This document shows, in pieces, positions 48,063-58,139 of a DNA stretch of 64,000 nt (position 1 is the first letter of the stretch; each line of letters starts with the position of its first letter). The stretch is from an uncultured delta proteobacterium. Lineage in GTDB: Bacteria > Desulfobacterota > Binatia > Binatales > Binataceae. Made by a program: the position numbers and the translations under genes. The notes under the pieces were generated by a model. That model was not told the origin of the DNA. It made no database searches and saw nothing but the letters and a program-made list of their open reading frames with translations. The stretch covers positions 480,001-544,000 of the forward strand of contig CAVQEQ010000001.1 of NCBI GenBank assembly GCA_963711565.1, written 5' to 3'.

Positions 48063-49136
48063 TCAAGCCGGCAGACTTACGTCGAGTCCGGTCAGCAGAT
48101 GTACGTGATTGATCAGATTCGCTACGCCGACGGGTGAATTGTAAACGCCATGTGTCATTTTTCCCTGCGCGCGGCTGCGGCCGACACTGAGTAGCTGAAC
48201 GAGGCAATTGAAGACCTGGTAGTAGCGAAGAGCAGCATCGCTGTCCGGCATCGATCGACAGCGATTCGAATGTGTACGCGCGAGGTTGTTCATGAATGCC
48301 CGCATCCCCGGACTCAGTACGGCGGGAACATGAATCGGCACGGTCGCAAGGATGGCCATTGCCGCTCCGTAGTCGAAGGCGGGATCGGCGATCGTCGTTT
48401 TCACCCAGTCGATCACGCCGGTCAAGCGTCCGTGATCGGCAAGAACGTTCAATGGCTGAAAATCGCCGTGACTGATCACAGGATTCTGCGGCGGCGGGCG
48501 ATGTCCGTTGAGCCAGTCAATGACCGGACGAAGTCCGTCGAGGCCAAATTCTTCTACCGCGGCGCGCTGGCTGGCGAAATTAGCATCGAAGGTAAAGTTC
48601 TCGCCGGAGATGCCGGCCCTCTCGATCCGATCGACGAAATCTTTCACCGGCAGAGCCTGCAGACGCGTCTGCGCCTCGTCCCAAAGCCGGATCATCTCGC
48701 GACGAACGCGCGGGATCTGCCGAACCATATTCACTGCCTGCCCGAACCCTTTGATACTCAGGCCTTCAAACTCCGATCCGAGCGGACGTCCGGGCACGCG
48801 TTCCATGATTATGAAGGGACCGCCCAACGCCTCAACGCGCGCTTCGGTGACAAAAACACGTGGCGCGGGATAACCCAGTTCTGCCAACGCGTTCTGCACA
48901 GCAGCCTCGCGTGGTGCGCGTTGCGCATCAACGTTTGCCTGAAAGAGTCGAAGCACGAGCGGACCGGAGAGCGCCTCAGGCGCGTCCTGCAGACTGAAGC
49001 GGAGAATCGTGGCGTCATAGCCGCCGCTCATTCGCGTCGGCGCCTCGGCATAGGCCAAGGCAGGGCGAGCGATCGCGGACCGCAGGTAATCCAGCAAAGC
49101 GCGGACTATGTCTTCGTCGGTCACGGCGCTCGTCAT
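48063..49136 (-). CDS. APH-family phosphotransferase
   Basis: LVLR, MERVPG, HGDFQPLN and VIDW; ATGA overlap with the upstream LLM gene. Confidence 0.88.
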   Translation of the reverse strand: MTSAVTDEDIVRALLDYLRSAIARPALAYAEAPTRMSGGYDATILRFSLQDAPEALSGPLVLRLFQANVDAQRAPREAAVQNALAELGYPAPRVFVTEARVEALGGPFIIMERVPGRPLGSEFEGLSIKGFGQAVNMVRQIPRVRREMIRLWDEAQTRLQALPVKDFVDRIERAGISGENFTFDANFASQRAAVEEFGLDGLRPVIDWLNGHRPPPQNPVISHGDFQPLNVLADHGRLTGVIDWVKTTIADPAFDYGAAMAILATVPIHVPAVLSPGMRAFMNNLARTHSNRCRSMPDSDAALRYYQVFNCLVQLLSVGRSRAQGKMTHGVYNSPVGVANLINHVHLLTGLDVSLPA

Positions 49137-50152
49137 TGAAATTTGGGCATCACGCGGTCCGCGAACAGGCGCATGGCGGCGAGCACGTTCTGATGCCCGC
49201 TGATGCCGCCGATTTCGAACCAGCATACTAATCGTGAGAAACCGAATTGCTGTTTCAGTAGCGCGATTCGATCGACGCAGTATTCGGGGTCGCCGAAAAT
49301 TCCCATGATCGAATCGACGGTGCTGTAGTCGATCGTCCGCAGGCGGTCGCGGACTTTCTGGAATTCGGACTGGGCGCCGGCGGCGAGGCTCTCCGGCTCG
49401 ATGATCTCTGCGACCGCGTTGAAGTAGTTGCGCAGGCTTGGCTCGATCGTCGCCCGCACCTGCGCGCGGTCGCGTCCGACGAACACCATCAACGCCGCCG
49501 CCAGCCAATCGTCAGGACGTTCGTGCCCCGCTGCCCTTAGCGCGTTCTCATAAATCTTGAGCCGCTCGGCGAGCACCGGAATCGGATTCACCGGACCGCC
49601 GGCGAAGATTGGATAGCGATTCGCGCCGGCGAAGGTGAAAGTGTCGGCGCTGTTGGCGGCGAGCCGAATCGGCGGATGGGGCCGCTGGATCGGCTTGGGC
49701 ACCACTTCGACTCCGTCCACGCGCTTCTGCGTCCATGCCGCCTTGATTGATTCGAGTCCGTCCTCGAACAATCGGCGGCTGTCCGACATCTCGACGCCGT
49801 AGCCTCGGTAGTTGAGCGGGAACGCGCCGCGGCCGGCGCCGAACTCGACGCGACCGCCGCTCAGCACGTCGAGCGTCGCGACTTCCTCGGCCAGGCGGAT
49901 CGGATGATGCAGCGGCATCAGGTTGACCGCCATGCCGAGGCGGATGTTGGTCGTGCGCTCGGCGATCGCCGCGAGGAGCATCAGCGGCGTCGGCATCACG
50001 GAGAAGCGCGGCGCGAAATGAACCTCGGCGAGCCAGACGGTGTTGAAGCCGAGCCGGTCAGCCTCCGCGGCTTCCGCGATCAGCTCGCGATAGCGTTCGG
50101 TCGTGATCTGATCGGCGGCTTCGGGAAGTTGGTAGAATATGTCGAACTTCAA
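49133..50152 (-). CDS. Luciferase-like (LLM) flavin-dependent oxidoreductase
   Basis: WLAEVHF, HPIRLAEEVATLDVLSGGRVEFGAGRG and PKPIQRPHPP; TTG start. Confidence 0.9.
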   Translation of the reverse strand: MKFDIFYQLPEAADQITTERYRELIAEAAEADRLGFNTVWLAEVHFAPRFSVMPTPLMLLAAIAERTTNIRLGMAVNLMPLHHPIRLAEEVATLDVLSGGRVEFGAGRGAFPLNYRGYGVEMSDSRRLFEDGLESIKAAWTQKRVDGVEVVPKPIQRPHPPIRLAANSADTFTFAGANRYPIFAGGPVNPIPVLAERLKIYENALRAAGHERPDDWLAAALMVFVGRDRAQVRATIEPSLRNYFNAVAEIIEPESLAAGAQSEFQKVRDRLRTIDYSTVDSIMGIFGDPEYCVDRIALLKQQFGFSRLVCWFEIGGISGHQNVLAAMRLFADRVMPKFQ

Positions 50153-50160
50153 CGACGGCC

Positions 50161-51267
50161 TCAATACGCGCCCAGGGTCGCGACGCGCTCGCGATGGTAC
50201 GACGGCGATCCAAAGTACGACTCGTTGAAGCGCGCGCGTTTGAACCACAGATGCATGTCGTGCTCCCAGGTGAAGCCGATTCCGCCATGCATCAGCACTG
50301 CGCGGTCGGTGCCGCGGCTGTAGATGTCGCACAGGCGCGCCTTCGCCATCGCAGCGATGCGCGACGCGTCCGCCGCGCCGGTGTCGAGGGCGTAAGCGGC
50401 ATACCAAAGCATCGCGCGCGCGGGCTCGAGGTCCGCGACGATTTCGGCGGCCGCATGCTTGAGCGCCTGGAACGATCCGATCGGCTTGCCGAACTGCTCG
50501 CGGACTTTCGAGTAATCGAGCGCCATCTCGAGTGCGCGTTCAGTACCGCCGAGCGAGTCAGCTGCCACTGCGATAGCGGCGACGTCGACCAGCTTCGCGA
50601 AGAGCTGCGATCCGCCGCCGTGAAGCCGCTTGGCCGGAACATTTCGAAGCTCGACGCTCGCAACACGTCGCGTGAGGTCGAGATTCTTCCGCGATCGAAT
50701 CGTCACGCCCGGCGATTTTGTATCGACCACGAACAGGCGAACATCAGAATCGCGTTTGGCGGCGACCACGATGAAGTCGGCGACATCGGCATACGGCACA
50801 AACATCTTGGCGCCATTGAGACGCCATCCCGCATCGCTTTTCATAGCGATCGCGTGAATATCGCGGTCGTCGATGCTCCCGGCGCTCTCAACGACCGCGA
50901 CGGTACCAACTGCTTTGCCCTCCGCGAGCGGGGTGAGCCATTTCGCATTGAGCTGCTCGGAGCCGCCGAGCTTCAGCGCGCCGGCCGCGAGCATCGACGA
51001 GAACAGGAACGGCCCCGGCATCGCCGCGTAGCCGCCCTCTTCGAGAATCATCGCCATGTCGAGCATGCCGAGTCCCGCGCCGCCGAATTTCTCGGGCACG
51101 ATCAGCCCGGTCCATCCGAGCTTCGCGATTTGATCGTAGAGCTCGCGCGGATAGCCGTCGTCGGTGGCCATTACTTTCCGCACGAACGTGGTGGGACATT
51201 CGCCGCTCAGAAATGCGTGCGCGCTTTCCTTGAGCTGCTGTTGTTCTTCGCTGAGTCCGAAATCCAT
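50161..51267 (-). CDS. Acyl-CoA dehydrogenase, short partner subunit
   Basis: MDFGLSEEQ, REQFGKPIGSFQA and HGGIGFTWEHD. Confidence 0.92.
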   Translation of the reverse strand: MDFGLSEEQQQLKESAHAFLSGECPTTFVRKVMATDDGYPRELYDQIAKLGWTGLIVPEKFGGAGLGMLDMAMILEEGGYAAMPGPFLFSSMLAAGALKLGGSEQLNAKWLTPLAEGKAVGTVAVVESAGSIDDRDIHAIAMKSDAGWRLNGAKMFVPYADVADFIVVAAKRDSDVRLFVVDTKSPGVTIRSRKNLDLTRRVASVELRNVPAKRLHGGGSQLFAKLVDVAAIAVAADSLGGTERALEMALDYSKVREQFGKPIGSFQALKHAAAEIVADLEPARAMLWYAAYALDTGAADASRIAAMAKARLCDIYSRGTDRAVLMHGGIGFTWEHDMHLWFKRARFNESYFGSPSYHRERVATLGAY

Positions 51268-51302
51268 CTGCTTCCCTTTGCGAGTTGCTCTTCTTCTCTT
51301 GT

Positions 51303-51359
51303 CACTGGGTGCAGGGGTCACCCCTGCCCAAGGAAGCGTGAAACCCACGGAGGGTTTCA
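51303..51359. repeat. Repeat family C, copy 2, with a second hairpin
   Basis: CACTGGGTGCAGGGGTCACCCCTGCC-..-TGAAACCC.CGG.GGGTTTCA. Confidence 0.85.
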
Positions 51360-51385
51360 CATCAAATAAAGTGCTTTACTTCCCT

Positions 51386-52572
51386 TCACCGCGACTTCGG
51401 CATTTTGAGGCCGCGCTCCGCGATAATGTTTTTCTGGATGTGCGACGTTCCGCCGCCGATCACCAGCCCGAGCGAGAACATCCACTCATACGGCCAGTAC
51501 GCGTGATCCAGTGCGGCTTCGTCGTCGCGCGCGAGCATCGAGTAGTCGCCCATCGCCTCCATCGCCGCGGTGGCGAGGTCGTGATTCAGCTCGGTGCCGA
51601 CCAGCTTGTTGATCATCGCCTCGACGCCGGGATTCTTGCCGCGAATCTGATCGGTAAGCTGGCGCAGCGCGTGAAAGCGTATCGCCTCGACGCGGATCTC
51701 CAGCTCGACGAGCCGTTGGCGAAATACCGGATCTTCAGTGAGCGGACGCCCGCCGCGGGTGATCGATTTGGCCAGCGCCAGCAGGCGGTTGAAGCGTTGC
51801 TCGCTGCCGCTGGCGGAACCGAGCATATTGCGCTCATGAAAGAGCGTGGCGTTGGCGACGATCCATCCCTCGTTGAGCTTGGCGACGAGATTCTTGCGCG
51901 GCACGCGGACGTTGTCGAAAAAGACCTCGTTGAAGCCGCGGTCGCCGGTCATCTGAACCAGCGGACGCACGGTGATTCCCGGCGTGCGCATGTCGATGAG
52001 GACGTACGAAATGCCGCGATGCTTGGGCGCCTCCGGGTCGGTGCGCACCAGGCAGAACATCATGTCCGCGTATTGCGCGCCCGAGGTCCAGACTTTCTGG
52101 CCGTTGACGACAAACTCGTCGCCGACGATCTCCGCGCGCGTCTTCAGCGAGGCGAGGTCGAGCCGGCGCCGGGTTCGGAATAACCCTGGCACCAGATTTC
52201 TTCGGCCGTGAGAATCTTCGGCAGGTAACGCTGCTTCTGCTCCTCGCTGCCCCACGAGATAAGGGTCGGCCCGAGCATCCCGAGTCCCGATGCGCCGACA
52301 TTGTAGGGCGCTTTCGCGCGGACCATCTCGTCGTTGACGATCGACTGGCGCACGGGATCCATCGCCTGTCCGCCGTATTCCTTCGGCCACGCGAGCGCGA
52401 CGTAGCCGGCCTCGTACAAGCGGCGCTGCCACGCTTTGGCGCGCGCGAGCCAGGTCTTGTCGTCGCGGCCCTCGCGCGTGTCGGAGAGTCCGCTGGTCGG
52501 CATGTTCTCGTCGAGCCAACTGCGCACCTTGAGTCGGAATGCTTCTTCTTCGGATGTGAATTGAAGATCCAT
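51386..52572 (-). CDS. Acyl-CoA dehydrogenase, long subunit, frameshifted near 52160
   Basis: WCQGYSEPGAG(SD)LASL is split by a missing base; NGQKVWTS, FNEVFF and IGGGTSHIQKNIIAER. Confidence 0.9.
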
Positions 52573-52702
52573 GTCGTGAGCAACTCCTGCGGTCGTGATT
52601 GCGTGATGCGCGTACCGCGGCTTCGCGCCCAGCATAGTCAAATCCGCGGCGCTGAGAAAATGGCGGATCGCACGCGATGTGCGATTGCGCTACGGATAGT
52701 CG

Positions 52703-53026
52703 ATGGTATTTACAAAGCGGCTGCGCGAGCCGGTCATGCGCGGCGAAGTCACGTGCAGCGTACGCATATGGCAAAGCCCGCACGTCAAGGTGGGAGGACA
52801 CTACCAATTGGGCGAAGGGTTCATCGAAGTGACTTCGGTCCGGCGCATCACGCTCGCGGATATCACACCCGAACTTGCGCGACGTTCGGGCTTCGCGGGT
52901 ATCGTCGATCTTCTTAAGGTCGCAAAACACGGACTTGGCGAGAACGTTTATCTGATCGACTTCGAGTATCACGCGGATGCTACACGCGGCCGGCGACCGA
53001 TTGCCCGCCGAAATCAGCGTTGTTAG
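52703..53026 (+). CDS. ASCH-domain-like protein
   Basis: F..GEVTCSVR.W and ITPELARRSGF. Confidence 0.7.
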   Translation: MVFTKRLREPVMRGEVTCSVRIWQSPHVKVGGHYQLGEGFIEVTSVRRITLADITPELARRSGFAGIVDLLKVAKHGLGENVYLIDFEYHADATRGRRPIARRNQRC

Positions 53027-53077
53027 AGTTTGAAGTCGATCACAATCGGGATTTCTCGATAGACCGGGGTTCACCAG

Positions 53078-53908
53078 ATGGCGACGACTATCACGAGCGA
53101 ATGTATCAACTGCGGAGCGTGCGAGCCGGAGTGTCCGAACACCGCGATTTACGCGGGCGGAGTGGCCTGGGAGCTGAACGGCGCGACTAGTCCCGCGATC
53201 GCGCAGGACATCTACTACATCGTACCGTCGAAATGCACCGAATGCGTCGGCTTCCACGACCATGAAGCTTGCGCCGCGGTATGTCCGGTAGATTGCTGTA
53301 TTCCCGATCCCGCCAATCTCGAAAGCGAGGGCGTCCTGCTCCAGCGCGCCCGCGAATTGCATCCCGAGACCACGTTCCCCGACGATGCGCCGTCGCGCTT
53401 TCGCAAGGAAGGCGGCGCCGAAGCGCCCGTGGCAAATGGGGCGGCAGTCGCAGCCGCGCCAGCGCCGGCTGCACCCAAACCAGCACCTGCTCCCGTCGTT
53501 GCTGCTGCTCCTGCAGCTGCTGCGGTGAGTTCTGCGTCAAGCGCTGAGTTCAATCCGGTGGCGTGGGAAGTTCCCGTCATCTGCAAGGATTGCAATGAAC
53601 CGTGGACGATACCGTATCGGCTGTTCGAGAAGGGCGTCGTGTTCCATTGCCCCTACTGTTCGGGCTCGTACGTGCCGAAGACCGCGATGTATCGCGCGGT
53701 GAAAGAGACCTTCGAAGGCTTCTACAACCGGCGGCGCGCGGACCGCGAGGCGTTCGAGCGCAAACGCGCGCGCGAGGCGGCAGCGTTCGAAGCGAAGCAG
53801 GCGGCCGAGATGGAAGCGTTCAAGCAGAAGCTCGAAGCGCTGGCGCATTCGATGAAGCCGGCGGGCAAGCTGGTGAGGCCTACCGGCATCGCGTCGATGT
53901 TCACGTAG
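53078..53908 (+). CDS. YfhL-type 2x[4Fe-4S] ferredoxin fused to a zinc-ribbon/helical domain
   Basis: CINCGACEPECP, CTECVG..C...CPVDCC, an Ala/Pro linker, CKDC..CPYC and a charged helix. Confidence 0.85.
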   Translation: MATTITSECINCGACEPECPNTAIYAGGVAWELNGATSPAIAQDIYYIVPSKCTECVGFHDHEACAAVCPVDCCIPDPANLESEGVLLQRARELHPETTFPDDAPSRFRKEGGAEAPVANGAAVAAAPAPAAPKPAPAPVVAAAPAAAAVSSASSAEFNPVAWEVPVICKDCNEPWTIPYRLFEKGVVFHCPYCSGSYVPKTAMYRAVKETFEGFYNRRRADREAFERKRAREAAAFEAKQAAEMEAFKQKLEALAHSMKPAGKLVRPTGIASMFT

Positions 53909-53929
53909 GAAGCAGGAACTTGATTGAAA

Positions 53930-53986
53930 TGAAACCCGCGGTGGGTTTCAAACTTCCTTCGGCAGGGGTGACCCCTGCACCCAGTG
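53930..53986. repeat. Repeat family C, copy 3 (inverted)
   Basis: TGAAACCCGCGGTGGGTTTCA..GGCAGGGGTGACCCCTGCACCCAGTG. Confidence 0.85.
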
Positions 53987-54002
53987 TTAAGAGCGTTTTT
54001 GC

Positions 54003-55232
54003 CTATCCTAGCGCGGAAACCACGAACACGTAGCCGTGGCGTTTCAGGTGCTCGCGGATTGCTTCGATGTGGGCGGGCCCGCGGGTTTCCAGTTCCAGCA
54101 TCACGCGGGCGCCGCCAATCGCGACGTCGCGACGCGTGCGATCGTGATCGATCGCGCGCACGTTGGCGCCGGTCGCGGCAATGGCCGATACCAGCTTGCC
54201 GAGCTCGCCGGGGCGATCGCGCAAATCGACGGCGACTCGAAACAGCCGCCCGACCTTCACCAGTCCGTGACCGATAATCCGATCGAGCAGGTTGATGTCG
54301 ATATTCCCGCCGCTCACCACCAGCACCACTGTCTTGCCCTTCAACTTGCCCTTTAGTTTGAGCGCGCCAGCGAGCGCGGCGGCGCCCGCGCCTTCGGCGA
54401 GAAGTTTCAGCCGCTCCAGCATCAGCAGCACGGCCTCGCCGATTTCGAAATCGTCCACCGTGACGGCGCGTTTGACCCGTCCGCGCAACACCTCGAACGG
54501 AATCGCGCCGATGCGCCCGGTGGCGAGACCGTCGGCAATCGTATCGACGGGACGGCCGATCGATGCGGCCGCGTCGGCGGCAAGACTCGCTGACAGTTGC
54601 GGCGAGCCGGCAGCCTCGACGCCGATCACTTCAGCCCCGGGCGCACGAATCGCAAGCGCGGCCGCTATTCCCGCGATCAGTCCGCCGCCGCCGACCGGGA
54701 CAATCACGACATCGGGCGTGACCTCGTCGGCGATTTCCATTCCAACGGTGCCCTGCCCCGCGATCACTTCAGGATCGTCGTACGCATCGATGAAGGACGC
54801 ACTGCGTTCGGCGCACATCGTGACCGCAGCCGCGCGCGCCTCCTGGTAGTCAACGCCTTCGAGCACGACCGACTGGCCGTAGCTGCGGGTCGCGTCGATC
54901 TTGGCAATCGCGGCCGTCGTCGGCATCACAATCGTCGCGGTCACGCCCGCGCGAGTGGCGGCGTAGGCAAGCGCCTGTCCGTGATTGCCGGCGCTCGCGG
55001 CGACGACGCCGCGCAATTTCTGCTCGGCGGTGAGCGTCATGAGACGGTTGTAGGCGCCGCGAATTTTGAACGAGCCGGTCTTCTGCAGATTTTCGGGCTT
55101 GAGGAGCACGTGGGCGTTGAGGATTCGGTCGAGCGTCTCGCTGCGGATGAGCGGAGTCGGCTTGACGATGCCGGCGATACGGCCGCGCGCCGCTTGAATC
55201 TGTTCGGACATCGACGAGGTGATCGATGGCAT
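54003..55232 (-). CDS. ilvA: Threonine ammonia-lyase with a C-terminal ACT domain
   Basis: ENLQKTGSFKIRG, SAGNHG, PVGGGG, EGAGA, SGGNID and DRPGEL. Confidence 0.9.
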   Translation of the reverse strand: MPSITSSMSEQIQAARGRIAGIVKPTPLIRSETLDRILNAHVLLKPENLQKTGSFKIRGAYNRLMTLTAEQKLRGVVAASAGNHGQALAYAATRAGVTATIVMPTTAAIAKIDATRSYGQSVVLEGVDYQEARAAAVTMCAERSASFIDAYDDPEVIAGQGTVGMEIADEVTPDVVIVPVGGGGLIAGIAAALAIRAPGAEVIGVEAAGSPQLSASLAADAAASIGRPVDTIADGLATGRIGAIPFEVLRGRVKRAVTVDDFEIGEAVLLMLERLKLLAEGAGAAALAGALKLKGKLKGKTVVLVVSGGNIDINLLDRIIGHGLVKVGRLFRVAVDLRDRPGELGKLVSAIAATGANVRAIDHDRTRRDVAIGGARVMLELETRGPAHIEAIREHLKRHGYVFVVSALG

Positions 55233-55241
55233 CGCTGTGAT

Positions 55242-55592
55242 CTAATGACGAGCGGGCGGAGTGAATTGGCGCGGGGTTATCGGCCCGAAAGAATCGCCCT
55301 CGAAATCGATTTGCGTGCAGGCGCCGGTCTTGTAGTCGAGATCGAGCAGGAGGTTTCGGATGGCGCGCCGCTTGATCGACGCGATCAGGGTGGCGACCGC
55401 CTGAGGATCGTCAGTCGAGATTGCGGCGACTTCGGCGGCGTCGAGATTGCTGGTGCGGCAGAACTCGCGCGCCTTATCCTCGCTCGAGAAGGCGAGCACT
55501 CCCGCCCACGTCGCGCCTTTTTCCTGAAAGACGATTAGAGCACCTGCGGAATCAAGCAGCAGATGCAACTCCCTGGGGATCGCGGAACTCAC
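55242..55592 (-). CDS. Hypothetical protein
   Basis: Co-oriented and overlapping its neighbour by 4 nt; LAFSSEDKAREF segment. Confidence 0.6.
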   Translation of the reverse strand: MSSAIPRELHLLLDSAGALIVFQEKGATWAGVLAFSSEDKAREFCRTSNLDAAEVAAISTDDPQAVATLIASIKRRAIRNLLLDLDYKTGACTQIDFEGDSFGPITPRQFTPPARH

Positions 55593-55927
55593 GCGCCTTC
55601 GACCGTGAGCTTACCCGTGCGAATTGCCGCCGCGCGCTCGCGAACGAGGGCGGGATAGGTGTAATAGTGGTCGCCGCTCAGATGGAGGAACGAATCGATA
55701 TCCACGTCTTCGAGCTCCAGTTCCGCAATCGTGCGCTCGGCGGATTTGCGGTCCGGAGCTTTGACGATCGAATCGTAAAGTGCGCGGCCTTGCGCGGACT
55801 GGAAGTCCTCGCGCGGCGGTAGTCCGTCGGCGCCCAGTTTACCCGCGTGAAAGTTGTCCAAAATGAAGCGGAGCGCCTTCAGTTCGTGGCGCAGGATGTC
55901 GATAGATTTTAGCGAATCGCGTGGCAT
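55589..55927 (-). CDS. Hypothetical protein
   Basis: Co-oriented ORF in the operon-like run; no recognisable motif. Confidence 0.6.
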   Translation of the reverse strand: MPRDSLKSIDILRHELKALRFILDNFHAGKLGADGLPPREDFQSAQGRALYDSIVKAPDRKSAERTIAELELEDVDIDSFLHLSGDHYYTYPALVRERAAAIRTGKLTVEGA

Positions 55928-56005
55928 ATTCGCGAGCTTATCGCCGCGAGTCGCGCCGATTCAACCCGCGGCGGCGCGAGCGCAGTGAAAGTGCGTCCCG
56001 CGCGA

Positions 56006-56830
56006 TCAGTCGCCTTTGATCAGACGATGGATGGCGCTCAGGTGGCGCTGCGAGTCGCGTTTGCGGCCCATCGCTTCGTACATCTCGGCGGCGTTGCGAT
56101 GCGCCTCGACGTTGGCGGGATCGCATTCGAGCGTGCGCTGAAAACTGCGCAGCGCGTTTTGATGCTCGTCCTTCTTGCGATAGAGCAGGCCGAGCTTCAG
56201 GTGCACGTCGGCGCTGGCCGGAACGATCGCGGCCGCGCCGAGCAGATGGCGCAGCGCGCCGGCGAGATCGCCCTCGCGTTCGAGCAGCGTGGCGAGGCGC
56301 GTGTGCGCCTCGAAATTGCCGGGCTCCCGGCCGACCAGCTCGCTGTAGATGGTGAGCGCCTTGAGCGGATCCTCGTCGGCGACGCGGCGCGCTTCTTCGA
56401 AACGTTCGCGCACGCGCGCGGGACCGAAGCCGTCCTCGACCTTGCCGCGCTGATAGCTGCGCTCGAAATCGAAAATCAACTGACCGGTCTCTGCTTCTAT
56501 TAGCACAGGACCGTCGCGCACGACGATGCGGCCTTCGTCGTTGACGAGTTTCAGCGAGGTGACCGAGCGATCGGGATCGACCAGCGTGCGCACCCGCTCG
56601 ATAGTTCGCTGGATCGGATCGATATGCTGGCGGGTGCCGAGCAATTCCTTCGCCATGCGCATCTCGAGCAGGTCATTGAACGCGAAGCGATAGTTGCGGC
56701 CGCCCAGATTCAGCGGACGCACGAGATTGCGCTTGACCCAATAGCGAATGCGCTCAGGCGTGACCGCGAGAATCCTCGCAGCCGTACGCGTGGAAAAAGT
56801 CTCGCCCCCGCCGCCCGCCTCTGCCGTCAT
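56006..56830 (-). CDS. MerR-like HTH + TPR repeat protein
   Basis: FSTRTAARILAV..RIRYW..LVRP HTH, GQL.FDF linker and several TPR units. Confidence 0.85.
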   Translation of the reverse strand: MTAEAGGGGETFSTRTAARILAVTPERIRYWVKRNLVRPLNLGGRNYRFAFNDLLEMRMAKELLGTRQHIDPIQRTIERVRTLVDPDRSVTSLKLVNDEGRIVVRDGPVLIEAETGQLIFDFERSYQRGKVEDGFGPARVRERFEEARRVADEDPLKALTIYSELVGREPGNFEAHTRLATLLEREGDLAGALRHLLGAAAIVPASADVHLKLGLLYRKKDEHQNALRSFQRTLECDPANVEAHRNAAEMYEAMGRKRDSQRHLSAIHRLIKGD

Positions 56831-56923
56831 CTTCACCACCAACGTCGAAGAGTATAAGCAGTCGAGCGCATGCTCTCAACGAGGCGCGGCGCGGTTTCTC
56901 AACACCTGTGGAGCGCTGGCGAG

Positions 56924-57337
56924 TTAGCCGCGAATTTCTTTGAGTATGCGCGCGACGCTGACGACTGCGTTGACGCCGTTCTTCGCGTTCTCAATGCGCG
57001 CAACGGCCTGCTCATCGGTCATCGCGGGTCCGATGATCGAGAGGCCGACGGGCTTGTCGAATTCGAGCGCAAGCTCGATGCCGGCGCGGGCGATCGCATG
57101 CGCGATCACTTCATCGTGATTAGTCTCGCCCTTGATGACAGCGCCAATCATCACGACGCCTTCGATTTCCTTGCACTGCAGCAGGGCTTTCACGACCGGC
57201 GCCATGTCGTAAACGCCGGGGACATGGACCACGCGCGCAACTTCGACGCCGAGCGACTCGGCCTCGCGGCGCGCCCGCTGTTCCATCGGGGTGGTCACTT
57301 CGGAGTTGAACTCCGAAACTACGAACGCGATTTTCAT
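56924..57337 (-). CDS. ribH: 6,7-dimethyl-8-ribityllumazine synthase
   Basis: [22 protein letters not shown] and KPV. Confidence 0.93.
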   Translation of the reverse strand: MKIAFVVSEFNSEVTTPMEQRARREAESLGVEVARVVHVPGVYDMAPVVKALLQCKEIEGVVMIGAVIKGETNHDEVIAHAIARAGIELALEFDKPVGLSIIGPAMTDEQAVARIENAKNGVNAVVSVARILKEIRG

Positions 57338-58137
57338 CGAGCGCTCGCCAGGTCAACCGAGACAGCGTCGCGAATCTCGACGCCGTTGCTTTTGAGATAC
57401 GACTTCAGCGCGGGAATCGGATGCTCCCCGTAGTGAACGATCGACGCGACGATCGCGGCGTCCGCCATGCCGGTCGTGAACGCATCGCGCAGATGGGCGG
57501 GCTCGCCCGCGCCGCCGGATGCAATCACCGGGATCGAAACTGCTTCGCTGATGCGGCGCGTGATTTCGAGATCGTAGCCGAGCTTAGTGCCGTCGCGATC
57601 GATCGAGTTGATGCACAGCTCGCCGGCGCCGAGCCGCTCGCCCTCGAGCGACCATGCCAACGCGTCGCGGCCGGTGGGTTGGCGTCCGCCGTCGATCACG
57701 ACTTCGTAACCGGTCGGTACTTGCGCACGCGCGCCGGTCTTTTTCACTTGCATCGAGAGCACGATGCACTGGCTGCCGAACGCGCGCGCACCCTCCGAGA
57801 TGATTGCGGGATTGCGCACCGCGCCGGAGTCGATCGAAACTTTCTCAGCGCCCGCGAGCAGGACGGCGCGCATGTCCTCGAGAGTGCGCAGTCCGCCGCC
57901 GACGCTGAACGGAATGAAAATCTCGCGTGCTACCGCGCGCACCACGTCGAGCATGATACCGCGACGCTCGTTGGACGCCGTGATGTCGTAGAAAACGATC
58001 TCGTCGGCCCCCTCTTTATAGTAGTAGCGTGCCATCGCGACCGGATCGCCGACATCGACGTTCTCGAGGAACTGCACGCCCTTGGTGACTTTGCCGTCAC
58101 GGACGTCGAGGCAGGGGATGATTCGTTTCGCGAGCAT
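57334..58137 (-). CDS. hisF: Imidazole glycerol phosphate synthase cyclase subunit
   Basis: [28 protein letters not shown] and IASGGAG. Confidence 0.97.
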   Translation of the reverse strand: MLAKRIIPCLDVRDGKVTKGVQFLENVDVGDPVAMARYYYKEGADEIVFYDITASNERRGIMLDVVRAVAREIFIPFSVGGGLRTLEDMRAVLLAGAEKVSIDSGAVRNPAIISEGARAFGSQCIVLSMQVKKTGARAQVPTGYEVVIDGGRQPTGRDALAWSLEGERLGAGELCINSIDRDGTKLGYDLEITRRISEAVSIPVIASGGAGEPAHLRDAFTTGMADAAIVASIVHYGEHPIPALKSYLKSNGVEIRDAVSVDLASAR

Positions 58138-58139
58138 CG

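Noticed and set aside
51386-53362. 658-aa ORF in the track
   Set aside because: Only its 3' part is ACAD; the rest is off-frame or antisense to the ASCH and ferredoxin genes and results from the frameshift near 52160.
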